64,000 nt of DNA from Spirulina sp. (lineage in GTDB: Bacteria; Cyanobacteriota; Cyanobacteriia; Phormidesmidales; Phormidesmidaceae), in NCBI GenBank assembly GCA_044070495.1, contig JBIPSI010000018.1:48120-112119 (forward strand), written 5' to 3'. The notes below the pieces were generated by a model, which had not been told where the DNA came from, ran no database searches, and saw nothing but the letters and a program-made list of their open reading frames with translations. The position numbers and the translations under genes are program-made. Below are positions 21,438 to 31,055 of this stretch, piece by piece. The number at the start of each line of letters is the position of its first letter. Position 1 is the first letter of the stretch.

Positions 21438-21505
21438 CGGCCCATCGCTAGCCTCACCGCCAAGCCAGGTTCCGCCGACCTCCCTCTGAGACGCTACAGG
21501 GAATC

Positions 21506-21712
21506 GATCCCCCCTAGCCCCCCTTAGAAAGGGGGGAACCGGAGTCAAAGTCCCCCTTTCTAAGGGGGATTGAGGGGGATCTCCGAGGACTTGCGGCATA
21601 AAAACCAGATGTGTACACACAGTAGCTCTGAGCCCCTACCGCTTATAGAAAAGTCTCTATTCCGCTTGGTTCCTAGGGTTGATCCCCCCTAGCCCCCTTA
21701 GAAAAGGGGGAA
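21506..21712. repeat. GATCCCCCCTAGCCCCCTT-AGA-AAGGGGG palindromic repeat family
   Basis: Inverted doublet at 21506-21581, single copy at 21681-21712, related copy at 8415-8444. Confidence 0.75.
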
Positions 21713-21746
21713 TCGACTTCAAAATTCGGATTTGCTATGGGATTCC

Positions 21747-23564
21747 TTACTCCTCGGCCAGTTTCAGTTCGTGGATGTTCCAGAATGCGCCGCCAATGGC
21801 CGTATATTGCACCCCTTCCACGGTGTTGCGCACCGCCGACAGGGAGAGGTTGTTGATCAGGTAAATAAAGGGCAGATACTCCTGGGTAAGCTGCTGGGTT
21901 TCTTTGTAGAGTTCAAAGCGTTGGGCTTCGTCCACTTCCTGGGCCGCTTGGATGTAAAGATCGGCGATGCGGCGTTCCCAGTCGGCAGCCTGCCAACCCT
22001 CTAGGGGCGTTTGGCTAGGGCCAGCCTGTTGGTTAAAGGCGTGGAGTGCTCCATCCAGCAGCCATACGTTTGCGCCGCCGTTGGGTTCTAGCCCTCCGGT
22101 TAGCCCCAGAATGCAGGCTTCCCACTCCAGGCTATCGGTGAGGCGATCTACCAGCACATTGAAGGCGAGGGGCTGAAAGTCTACCTGAATGCCCAATTTT
22201 TCCAGGTCGCTTTTAATTTGTGCCCCAATAGATTCGCGGATTTTGTTGCCGGAGTTGGTGATCAACGTGAACCGTACCCGGTTGCCGTCGGGGTCTACCA
22301 ATTGACCAGAACCATTCAGGGAAAAGCCCGCTGAGGTCAGCAATTCCTTGGCCTTTTCGGGGTTGTAGGGATAGGTGCGAATGCCCATTTCCGGCGGTGC
22401 AAAGAAGGGATTGGGCACGGAAATGGGGGAGGTTTGGGGTGAGCCTAGCCCTTGGAAAATATTGTTGACCATGGTGTCGCGGTCGATGCCGTAGGAAACG
22501 GCCTGCCGAAAGGCGACGTTATTAAACCATCGAGAACGCACAGGGTCTACCAAGGGCTTCCCATCCCGGCTAGCCTGGTTGAGGTTAAAAAAGAAAAAGC
22601 TGGTGCCCAGGTCGGGGCCGCCGTTGTAAATGGTGAAATTGCCCCGTTCCTCCTCCTGTTTTAGCAAGGAGAAAAAGGTGGGCTGAACCCCCACAGAATC
22701 TAATCCGCCGGAGCGAAACTGCAAAAAGGCGGTATCGGTGGAGCTGACAATTTGCCAAACAATTTGCTCGATGTAGGGCTGGGAGTTGCCTGCGGTGTCC
22801 TTGCGCCAGTAGTGGGGGTTGCGCTCAAAAATCACCCGCTCGCCGGGGATATATTGCCCTAGACGGTAGGGGCCGTTGGTAATAATGTCGGTGGGGGAGG
22901 TATCAGTACCCCAGGTCGATAAAAAGAGTGGCGTGCCGTCGGCCCCTGTGGTTTCCACCGCCGAGCGCAAAATGTGGGCGGGAATGATTTCTGTAGCGGT
23001 GTTGCGCAGAATGGGGGCAAAGGGTTCTGGTAAGGAAAACTGCACCCGCCGATCATCCACCGCCGTCACGGTCGGCAGCAAACCCTGGGTGCCAATGCGG
23101 AAACTATCGCGGCTATTGGTGGGAATGTCGGGGTTAAATAGGGTGTCGTAGGTGAAGACCACATCCTCCACGGTCAGCGGTTCCCCATCCGACCACTGCA
23201 ACCCGTCGCGCAGGGTAAACACAATGGTTTTGCCGTCCTCGGAAATATCCCAGCTTTCCGCTAGGGCCGGAATGACCTCTCCCGTTAGGCCATCGGTGCC
23301 CGTCAACCCCTCAAAGGTAAAACTAAACACATTGGGAAACTCCTGGCTCAGCACCGGGTTAAAGGTTTTGGGATCGCTGAGGGTACTTAACACCAGACGC
23401 GGCACATTGGCTTCGGCTTTGGCAAATTGCTCTAGGCTGCATCCGCCCAGGGGCAGCATTAGCACAACGATCAGCAGCGCCACTACTATCTCGCGCCACC
23501 TTACCCAGGGCAGCGATGGCCGTGTCTGCCAAAATTGCCAGCCCAGAATGGACAGTTGTGCCAT
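21747..23564 (-). CDS. ABC transporter substrate-binding lipoprotein, family 5 (peptide/nickel)
   Basis: Lipobox LGGC, SDPKTFNP, PALAESW, FTLRDGLQWSDGEPLTVEDVVFT, NGPY, RNPHYW. Confidence 0.9.
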   Translation of the reverse strand: MAQLSILGWQFWQTRPSLPWVRWREIVVALLIVVLMLPLGGCSLEQFAKAEANVPRLVLSTLSDPKTFNPVLSQEFPNVFSFTFEGLTGTDGLTGEVIPALAESWDISEDGKTIVFTLRDGLQWSDGEPLTVEDVVFTYDTLFNPDIPTNSRDSFRIGTQGLLPTVTAVDDRRVQFSLPEPFAPILRNTATEIIPAHILRSAVETTGADGTPLFLSTWGTDTSPTDIITNGPYRLGQYIPGERVIFERNPHYWRKDTAGNSQPYIEQIVWQIVSSTDTAFLQFRSGGLDSVGVQPTFFSLLKQEEERGNFTIYNGGPDLGTSFFFFNLNQASRDGKPLVDPVRSRWFNNVAFRQAVSYGIDRDTMVNNIFQGLGSPQTSPISVPNPFFAPPEMGIRTYPYNPEKAKELLTSAGFSLNGSGQLVDPDGNRVRFTLITNSGNKIRESIGAQIKSDLEKLGIQVDFQPLAFNVLVDRLTDSLEWEACILGLTGGLEPNGGANVWLLDGALHAFNQQAGPSQTPLEGWQAADWERRIADLYIQAAQEVDEAQRFELYKETQQLTQEYLPFIYLINNLSLSAVRNTVEGVQYTAIGGAFWNIHELKLAEE

Positions 23565-23713
23565 GGAATCTCCCTCTGCCAATCTTCTCAATCACTATAG
23601 CGACTGAGGGCGCGATAATCCGTCGCCCTTGCGCCCAGACAAACCATGAACGAATGTATCGCCAGGATTGCTGACTATGAACAAAGATTGCTTTTCATGA
23701 CGGCTTTTCATTT

Positions 23714-23729
23714 TGTAGCTATTTATACA
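23714..23729. promoter_or_regulatory. NtcA box in the gifA promoter (repressing geometry)
   Basis: TGTA-GCTATTTA-TACA, only 12 nt upstream of a TAN3T (TACTTT, 23741-23746), so it overlaps the -35/spacer region. Confidence 0.8.
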
Positions 23730-23815
23730 GTTTTTTGGATTACTTTGATTAAAGAAGGGGTCGTTCCATCCCCTCGTTTGCGCTACTCCACCCCGTCTTA
23801 TCCAGAGGTTTCGCC

Positions 23816-24013
23816 ATGTCTGCCCAAGAACAAGCCCGCGCGCTGATGATGCGTCACCACCACATGATTAAGAATCGCCAGCAATCGATGCTGTGCCGCA
23901 CCAACGAAGAAGTGGGGATGCCCGGTGACGCCCACTACTGGAGCGCCATTCAAGGGAAGCCCTCCGCCAATGCCGCCCGCAACTACGACCGCAGCGGATC
24001 CGCCATGAGCTAG
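23816..24013 (+). CDS. gifA: Glutamine synthetase inactivating factor IF7
   Basis: MSAQEQARALMMRHH..IKNRQQSML.R...E.G...W..IQGKP....YDRS matches IF7. Confidence 0.93.
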   Translation: MSAQEQARALMMRHHHMIKNRQQSMLCRTNEEVGMPGDAHYWSAIQGKPSANAARNYDRSGSAMS

Positions 24014-24049
24014 GATTCCACCAATCATAGGAACTCAGCTACCCTCGTC

Positions 24050-25897
24050 CTAGGAATTCACAGATATCCCAGGGGCGGGGGTAATTTGTGGATGTTGGGC
24101 GTGTGGATCTTGGGAGTTGGGCTGCCGTCCGCGCAGCCAGAAGGTTTCCATCTCGCCGCGCCCCTTAACGTGGATGGAACCCCGTGGCTCTAGCTGGTAG
24201 CTGTCCTTAAGTCGTTCGTAGGTGCTAGCGGTAACTTGGATGAGGCCCGGTTCCCCCAAGGATTCCATGCGGCTGGCTATGTTGACGGCATCGCCCCAGA
24301 GGTCGTAGATAAACTTTTTGGTGCCGATCACTCCGGCGACGACAACTCCGGTGTTGATGCCAATGCGAATTTGCAGGGGCACGCCGACCTCTGCCTCAAA
24401 GGTGGCGGTGACCTGCTGCATGGCGAGGGCCATTTCGGCCATGGCTTCGGCATGGTCGGGGCGGGGGGTGGGCAGGCCAGCCGCCACCATGTAGGCATCG
24501 CCAATGGTTTTAATTTTCTCTAGGCCAAACTGTTCGGCTAGGGCATCGAAGCTAGAGAAAATTTGGTTGAGCAAATTCACGAGCTGAATCGGCGACAAAC
24601 GGCTGGAGAGGCTGGTAAAGCCCACAATGTCGGCAAACAAAATGGAGACTTCATCAAAATGCTGGGGCACCGAAGCCTGGGTTTGCATCAGCTCATCGGC
24701 GATGGGTTCCGGCAGAATATTGAGCAGCAGATCCTCGGCCCGCTGTTGCTCCTCTTGCAGCCTCTCAGCACTCACCTGTAGCTCGCCCAGCATGTCGTTC
24801 ACGCGCTGGCTAAGCTGGCTGAGTTCGTCGTGGCCTTGCACCACCACCCGTTGCGTCAGGTCGTTGGATCGACCAATCTGCTGCACCTCCTGGCTGAGTT
24901 TGACCACACGGCGCAAAATCACCCGATCCAGCAGCAGCAAAATGGCGGCGGTGGAAATGAGGCAAGCCCCCAGCAGCGCTAAACCCAGGGATCGCTGGCT
25001 GAGTTGCCCCTGGCGGTGGATGTCGCGGGGGAGGGTGACGTCTACCAGGGCTTGGGGGTGGCCATAGATATCCGGCCATAGGGCATAGCCCTTGAGCAGG
25101 TTGCGATCCTGGGCTTGCAGCCGAGTCGGAGACGGGACACGCCCCAAGGTTGGGGTCTGCACTCGGTTGGCGGCGCGGCGGTTGTTAATTTCGGCCATCA
25201 TCGGATCTAGCAAGCCCTGAAGGTCGGGCGGATTGGCCCCCTGGCCCTCCCGATTTTCCAGGTTGTCAACATCGGGATGCACGGTCAGGCTGACCTGGGT
25301 GCGACGCGAGAGATCTTCTACCATCGCCGAATTCAGATAGCGCCCCATCAGCATGGCTCCCCTCGGTGGGCCAGTGGCATCGCTTCGCAAAATCGGCTCT
25401 ACCACCGCCAGAATCAGGAGATCCTCCACCCGCATCAAACCCTGGTGATGGTAGGCCACATGGGGAAACCTCAGCAGCGGGCTATCGGCCTCCAGTTGGG
25501 CCAACACGCCGGGGGGAACCGGGGCAAACTCGCCCTTTTCTAGGTCGTAGGCGTTGCTATAGATTACCTCGCCTTCGGTGTTCACCAGCACCAAAACGTT
25601 CATCCTCAGACTTTCAAAGGCGTATTTTTGAAAGTTAGACTCCACATAGGCGGCGTTGCCGTCTCGGATAAATTGGTAGGTGTCATCCCAGGCCGCCCAG
25701 TCCTCGGTGAGGCTATGCAAATGGTTCAGATCGCTGATGACGGCTTCCTCCACCCGCTGCACGTTGCGTTGGGCATCCTGCTGCTCTAGGCGGCTATAGC
25801 TGCGCTGCAAAATCACCGACAAACTGGCATAGACCAGCACCAGAAACCCCAGCAGGGGCACCGTGGTCAACAGTAGGGTCTTGTGGCGTAGATTCAT
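24050..25897 (-). CDS. Membrane adenylate cyclase, CHASE4-HAMP-class III cyclase
   Basis: DWAAWDDTY (CHASE4), DELSQL HAMP, FADIVGFT, KIKTIGDAYM, YDLWGDAVNIASRMES (K/D ATP-specifying pair). Confidence 0.9.
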   Translation of the reverse strand: MNLRHKTLLLTTVPLLGFLVLVYASLSVILQRSYSRLEQQDAQRNVQRVEEAVISDLNHLHSLTEDWAAWDDTYQFIRDGNAAYVESNFQKYAFESLRMNVLVLVNTEGEVIYSNAYDLEKGEFAPVPPGVLAQLEADSPLLRFPHVAYHHQGLMRVEDLLILAVVEPILRSDATGPPRGAMLMGRYLNSAMVEDLSRRTQVSLTVHPDVDNLENREGQGANPPDLQGLLDPMMAEINNRRAANRVQTPTLGRVPSPTRLQAQDRNLLKGYALWPDIYGHPQALVDVTLPRDIHRQGQLSQRSLGLALLGACLISTAAILLLLDRVILRRVVKLSQEVQQIGRSNDLTQRVVVQGHDELSQLSQRVNDMLGELQVSAERLQEEQQRAEDLLLNILPEPIADELMQTQASVPQHFDEVSILFADIVGFTSLSSRLSPIQLVNLLNQIFSSFDALAEQFGLEKIKTIGDAYMVAAGLPTPRPDHAEAMAEMALAMQQVTATFEAEVGVPLQIRIGINTGVVVAGVIGTKKFIYDLWGDAVNIASRMESLGEPGLIQVTASTYERLKDSYQLEPRGSIHVKGRGEMETFWLRGRQPNSQDPHAQHPQITPAPGISVNS

Positions 25898-26191
25898 GGT
25901 GGGGTGGGCGGTTCATCGGGCGTTTTGGCAAGATGGGAGAAGCCGCCTAGGACGGATGGGCAACGCTGCCCCCTTGTAGCCTACTTCCTGACTACCGTAA
26001 GTGACGAGGGGAATTCGGATGGCCTGGGAAAAATATAGGACTTTAAACACCTTGAGTCCCTGGGACGCTGGATAGACGGGTGTTGTTGCCCTGGCCTCAG
26101 CAGCCTAGTCGAGCTTTGCAATATTTGTTTACATTAAGACAGGGGTTGCTGACCCCAAAGCCGTGATCACCTCATCGGGGAGCCTTCCACC

Positions 26192-27508
26192 GTGACCATT
26201 TTTTCCACCTTTAGCCCATCGGTGCGGGCCAATTTAGCCGTCCTGTTTGCCGCAGGGCTGTGCTTTTGGTCGGGGTTGGCGGGGCTGCTGCCCACCCTGC
26301 CCCTGTTCATCGAAACCCTGGGCGGCAGCGGTCAGCAAATTGGCATTGTGATGGCCTCCTTTGCCATTGGCCTGCTGGTGGCCCGCCCCACCCTGGCCCA
26401 CCTCGCCGATACCCGTGGCCGCAAACTGGTGATGATCATTGGCCTAATTGCCGTGGCCCTGGCCCCCTTTGGCTATCTGCTGGTGCAAATGCTGCCCCAC
26501 CTTCAGGTGCCAATCTCCCTGGCGGGGCAAGATTTTATTGTGGATGGGTCGATCCTGGCTCTGATTGCCATTCGCGCCTTCCATGGCCTCAGCATCGCCG
26601 CCTTTGTGGTGGCCTACAGCGCCCTGGTAGTGGATCTCGCGCCCCCGGCCAATCGCGGTGAACTGATTGGTTATATGACCCTGGTGAACCCCATCGGCCT
26701 TGCCCTGGGGCCAGCCCTAGGCGGCTTTTTATACGAAGCATCCGGCTTTCGGGTGGCGTTTTTGGTGATGGGGATTCTGGGATTTTTGGGCCTGATCCTA
26801 GTGCTGCGCCTAGAGGAACCCTATCGTCCCCAGGCAGACCGTTCCGGCGATGCCGCCATCCCCGCCTTTTGGAGCCAACTGTGGTCGGGCCGAGTGCGTA
26901 CCCCCGCGATGATTTTGCTGCTGGTGGGTCTCGCCTTTGGCACCCTCAGCACCTTTGTGCCCCTCTATGTGCGTGAGGCGGGGTTAGCGCTGAACGTGGG
27001 CCTGATCTACACCGCCTCCGCCGTGGCTAGCTTCACCTCCCGCATTGTTGTGGGCCGTGCCTCCGACCGCTACGGACGGGGACGATTCATCACCGCTAGC
27101 CTGCTGATCTACAGCCTCGCCATGGGGATGTTCTGGCTGGCCGATAGCGCTCCTCTGTTCCTACTGGCTGGGGTGATTCAAGGCTTTGGGGCCGGAACCC
27201 TAATTCCCATGATTGCGGCGCTGATGGGCGACCGCTCCAGCCCCACCGACCGAGGCCGCACCTTTGGCCTTGCCATGGTGGGGTTTGATGTGGGCATTGC
27301 CCTGGCTGGCCCCATCTTTGGCACCATCGCCGATGCCCTCAGCTATCGCGGCATCTTCGGCCTCGCCGGGGTGATGACCTTCACTGGGCTGCTGATTTTT
27401 ATCACCGCCTGTAGCAAAGACCTGCCCCACTCCCTGCGCTTTGCCCTCGGCCAAGGGCGCGACATCTACGCCGTAGATGGCTGGCAAGGCCAAGCCACCC
27501 CAGACTAG
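26192..27508 (+). CDS. Major facilitator superfamily transporter
   Basis: About 12 TM segments; motif A copies LADTRGRK and ASDRYGRG; GLALGPALGG. Confidence 0.9.
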   Translation: MTIFSTFSPSVRANLAVLFAAGLCFWSGLAGLLPTLPLFIETLGGSGQQIGIVMASFAIGLLVARPTLAHLADTRGRKLVMIIGLIAVALAPFGYLLVQMLPHLQVPISLAGQDFIVDGSILALIAIRAFHGLSIAAFVVAYSALVVDLAPPANRGELIGYMTLVNPIGLALGPALGGFLYEASGFRVAFLVMGILGFLGLILVLRLEEPYRPQADRSGDAAIPAFWSQLWSGRVRTPAMILLLVGLAFGTLSTFVPLYVREAGLALNVGLIYTASAVASFTSRIVVGRASDRYGRGRFITASLLIYSLAMGMFWLADSAPLFLLAGVIQGFGAGTLIPMIAALMGDRSSPTDRGRTFGLAMVGFDVGIALAGPIFGTIADALSYRGIFGLAGVMTFTGLLIFITACSKDLPHSLRFALGQGRDIYAVDGWQGQATPD

Positions 27509-27565
27509 CGCCAAGGAATCGCCACACTGTGCAGATCGTAGGGCTGAGGTCTTACGCGAATCGAC

Positions 27566-28498
27566 CTACTCCGAGGTGACCGGAGTTGGGTTGACCGTGT
27601 TGCGCAGACGATAGCTCAACAGCGACAACGGGTCGTTGGGGTTTTCGGCCTCTAGATCGGCCAAGCTAAGTACCAAGTCGCGGCGATAGCTAACCTCAAC
27701 GGGAGACAGGGGAGGCTGGGCAAGTAGGGCAATTGCATCGTACCAAAGCCCCGCCTCAGCGTATTGCTGAGCCTGCTGTGAGGAATCCCCGGTGATTTCG
27801 ATATCGGTGGGCATCGCCACCACCTGTAAATCTGCCTCGTCAATCCTGTTGCGGGAGGGCTGGCTCTCGCTGCACTGGGCAATAATCTTCCAGCGATAGG
27901 TTTCGCCCACCACCAGGGGAGGCAGATCGTCGGGCAGGGTGAAGGTCATCCACCCCGTCTGGCTCCGGCCTAGATCAAAGAAAGCGACGGGTTCTAACCG
28001 ATCATCCGTTGGATCTTCCGAGGTATATCGGTAGATCTGAAGCTCAAGGGGCACTGGCATGGTGTCAGCAATGTACCAGGTTAGCGTTGGGTGCAGACTG
28101 GCGGTTTGTCCAATGTGGGCTTGGGGGGCCATGGCCGTAAGGCTGGTGGCGGCCCGTCCATCGCATCCGCCTCGGGTGCCCCCGCCCGTGGTGCGGCGAG
28201 GGTAGCCAGGGTCGGCGGGGGGCTGATAGGCGCGAGTCCCGCCCCTAGGGCCTGGGCCTGCGGGGGATAAAGGCTGTCCCCTTCTATCTTCAAAGGCAAT
28301 ATCTTCAAAGGCGGCGGCCAAGGGCCAGGATTGTGGTCTAGCGTCTGTCCCTAGTACCTGTTCCTGGGCAACCCTGGATGAGGGGTTCTCGCGCCCCCAG
28401 GCCGCCCCATGGAGAGGGAGGGAAAAGGCCGCAACATGTCCTAAAAGTAGCAAGGAGAGGACTGGCCCTGCTGCATGGTTCCCTAGGTCTTGTCTCAT
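27566..28498 (-). CDS. DUF928 domain protein with signal-peptide-like N-terminus
   Basis: GGGTRGGC, GQTASLHP.L.WYI, L.VGETYRW....C, YAEAGLWYDAI; start uncertain (ATG 28498 chosen). Confidence 0.8.
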   Translation of the reverse strand: MRQDLGNHAAGPVLSLLLLGHVAAFSLPLHGAAWGRENPSSRVAQEQVLGTDARPQSWPLAAAFEDIAFEDRRGQPLSPAGPGPRGGTRAYQPPADPGYPRRTTGGGTRGGCDGRAATSLTAMAPQAHIGQTASLHPTLTWYIADTMPVPLELQIYRYTSEDPTDDRLEPVAFFDLGRSQTGWMTFTLPDDLPPLVVGETYRWKIIAQCSESQPSRNRIDEADLQVVAMPTDIEITGDSSQQAQQYAEAGLWYDAIALLAQPPLSPVEVSYRRDLVLSLADLEAENPNDPLSLLSYRLRNTVNPTPVTSE

Positions 28499-28974
28499 AG
28501 CTTTACACCCGGTTTTGTGTGGTTCTAATACAGCGCTGCCCTGGACAATGGTCAACTTGAAAAACGGTTCAAAGGAGCAGAATGAACAACATATCTTCGT
28601 TAAAGGCTAAAGCCATGCTCTTAAGGATTTAGAAGATCATTAGCAATGTATTGGGCAATGGCTAGGATTGGATAAAAGTTGTTTACCCATCGAGGTTCGG
28701 GCCAGCCTAGACCGATAGTGAAGGGCTATGGAATCAACTATATCAGGTCTAACAAAAAGAGAGAAATCACCGGAAGAATTTCAGTCTAACGAGGATGAAT
28801 CCTAGAATTCTAGGAGTTCTAGAAAAATTAACCATCCCGACCACTGTGATTTTATCGCAATCGCTTAGCACCTTGGTCGAGATATCGTTAGATTACAAAA
28901 ACATGACTCTAAAGGCACCGAATTTTTCTGCTAACTTAGCTGCCTTTAAATACCTAGCGTATGACCGTTTTCTG

Positions 28975-30909
28975 TCAAGGGCACCCCCAGGGGAACCACC
29001 TTGGCCAAGGCTGCATCGGAGGCTCAATGGGCCAGCGCAGTTCGCAGCAGGTGCCCGATGCAGTGGATCGTCGTTGAAACGTTCCCCCCAGCCGTTGGGC
29101 CAACTGCTTTGCCTGACGGGTACCGCGTCCGCTGAGTTGGGAGGGGGAAGACCCCTCCGCTAACCGCTGACCATTATCCTTGATCTGAATCAGATTTTCC
29201 TGGTCGGTAGCCAAGCAGGTGACCGTGAGGCGGGTGGCATTGACGGCATGTTTGCCCACGTTGCAGAGGGCTTCTTCGAGAAACCATCCTAGGGCCTGAT
29301 ACTCGTCGGGGGAGAGCCTCTGGATCTTGAGAGGCTCGAAGCTGACAATGTTGGGGCCGAGGCTTCTAAAGCCCGGAAAATCTCGCTGGAGAGTTCTGGC
29401 GTAGATTTCGTAGAGGGTTTCGTGGATTGGAACGGCGTCAACCATGCCCGACCCTGGTTCTGCGGTAGGCGTTTGCAGGCTGTTCAGCAGCCCTTCGTAG
29501 ATCTGGCGCAGGTCGTAATCCATTTGCTGAAGCTTGGGTTGCACCTCTGGCCAGCTTAGGGTTTCGTCAGAGTCGCGCAGCAGCAGGGCCAGGGTTTGCA
29601 GGGGGCCGTTGTGGATAGCGTTGTAGGTTTGTTCGATCACCCACTGGCGTTCCTCTAGGCGAGAACGCAGCCCCTTGTCATAGAGATAAAACCCAGAAAT
29701 GACCAGCCCATTCACCGTAAAAGCCAGCAGAGAAGGCACCAGGGGCACCCACCAACCCCCTAGCAGCAAGAGGGCATAGCTAACGGACACCAAACCCAGT
29801 CCAACCACCCCAATCACCAGCAAATACTGGGAGGGTGCGGTGATACGCCGAATGATGACCATTCCCACCCCGCCCCACAGAATAATCCACAGGTATTCCA
29901 AGGCTTCGGGCCAGGTGCGCAGGAGAGCCCGATCCTCTAGGGCGGTGCTCACCAGTTGGCTGACAACGTGGGCATGCATCTCCACGCCGTAGATGAGATA
30001 GGTGCCCTCCGAGGAAACAACGGCGGCAGAGTTCAGCACGTCCTTGGTGCTGGGGGCGGTCATCCCAATCAGCACGATGGCATCCCGAATCCAGGCTGGG
30101 TTCACGCGGCCATCGAGCACATCCGCCAAGGACGCCTTGCGAAAGGGCTGGGCACCGCTGCGCCCATGGATGAGGATCTGGTATCCGCCGGTATCGGCCC
30201 GTCGATAGCCGCCGGTATTGGGGGAAATGGCAGGAAACTCGGCGGTGCCAAACCGCATGGCCAAGGGATCCCGAATCCCGTTTGTCAGGGTCATGCCCTG
30301 GGGGCGCAAATAGAGTTCCGCCAGCCGAATCGCCAGGGAAAACCGATAGTCGCCAGCCGTATTTGCAGACCCAAGCAGGGCACGGCGGACAAAGCCATCG
30401 ACATCGGCCTGAAAATCTACAAACCCCACTTGGACATCAGGCAAAAACGATGGGGCCTGGATGGGTGGGTTGCTGGTAATGCTTTCAATACCGATGACGT
30501 GGGGCCGGGTGGTGAGGGTTTCTATCAAGGCCTGATGGCCCGGTTCTACGGGCAGGTCGCGATAGATATCAATGCCAATGGCACGGGGTTTGTGGACATC
30601 TAGGGCTTCCACTAAGTCTGCGAGCACCCCATCGGGAACCGGATAGGTGCCGAGGCGCTGAACATCCGCTTCGGTCACTCCGATGATCAGAATGCGCTCG
30701 TCGGTTGCCTCGGCGGGCCGCCACCGCAGCAGCGTATCCAGCATTTTCAGCTCTAGCCCCTGAAAGGCCCCCAGTAGCCGTGCCGCCACAATGACGCTGA
30801 GCACCACAAAACCAGGCCCCAACTGCCGGAACAACGGCCCGCTAGGACGCTTGCCCCCTAGGCCAGAGATGTTGCGCCAATTTTGCCAGATTGTACGAGG
30901 GCGATCCAT
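28975..30909 (-). CDS. CHASE2 sensor histidine kinase (NarX/DesK-type HisKA_3 plus HATPase)
   Basis: CHASE2 (DERILII, YPVPD, PRAIGIDIYRDLP, DVDGFVRR, GVEMHAHVVSQL), 3 TM, H-box IHNGPLQTL, N-box EALCNVGKHA, DNG, GRG. Confidence 0.85.
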   Translation of the reverse strand: MDRPRTIWQNWRNISGLGGKRPSGPLFRQLGPGFVVLSVIVAARLLGAFQGLELKMLDTLLRWRPAEATDERILIIGVTEADVQRLGTYPVPDGVLADLVEALDVHKPRAIGIDIYRDLPVEPGHQALIETLTTRPHVIGIESITSNPPIQAPSFLPDVQVGFVDFQADVDGFVRRALLGSANTAGDYRFSLAIRLAELYLRPQGMTLTNGIRDPLAMRFGTAEFPAISPNTGGYRRADTGGYQILIHGRSGAQPFRKASLADVLDGRVNPAWIRDAIVLIGMTAPSTKDVLNSAAVVSSEGTYLIYGVEMHAHVVSQLVSTALEDRALLRTWPEALEYLWIILWGGVGMVIIRRITAPSQYLLVIGVVGLGLVSVSYALLLLGGWWVPLVPSLLAFTVNGLVISGFYLYDKGLRSRLEERQWVIEQTYNAIHNGPLQTLALLLRDSDETLSWPEVQPKLQQMDYDLRQIYEGLLNSLQTPTAEPGSGMVDAVPIHETLYEIYARTLQRDFPGFRSLGPNIVSFEPLKIQRLSPDEYQALGWFLEEALCNVGKHAVNATRLTVTCLATDQENLIQIKDNGQRLAEGSSPSQLSGRGTRQAKQLAQRLGGTFQRRSTASGTCCELRWPIEPPMQPWPRWFPWGCP

Positions 30910-31055
30910 GGGCTAATAGGGAAACGACCTTCCAGGGGATGGGATTTCGAGGGAATGGGCCAAGCCAATAGCCTGGCCCACGGGGTACCTAGCCACTACT
31001 ATCCAATAACCTTAGGGTTTTGGCCCTCGAATGGCAAACCCCAGGGGAATCGCCC

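Noticed and set aside
23750..23815. Glutamine riboswitch in the gifA leader
   Set aside because: The glnA-motif consensus is not recognisable here; that riboswitch is normally found with gifB
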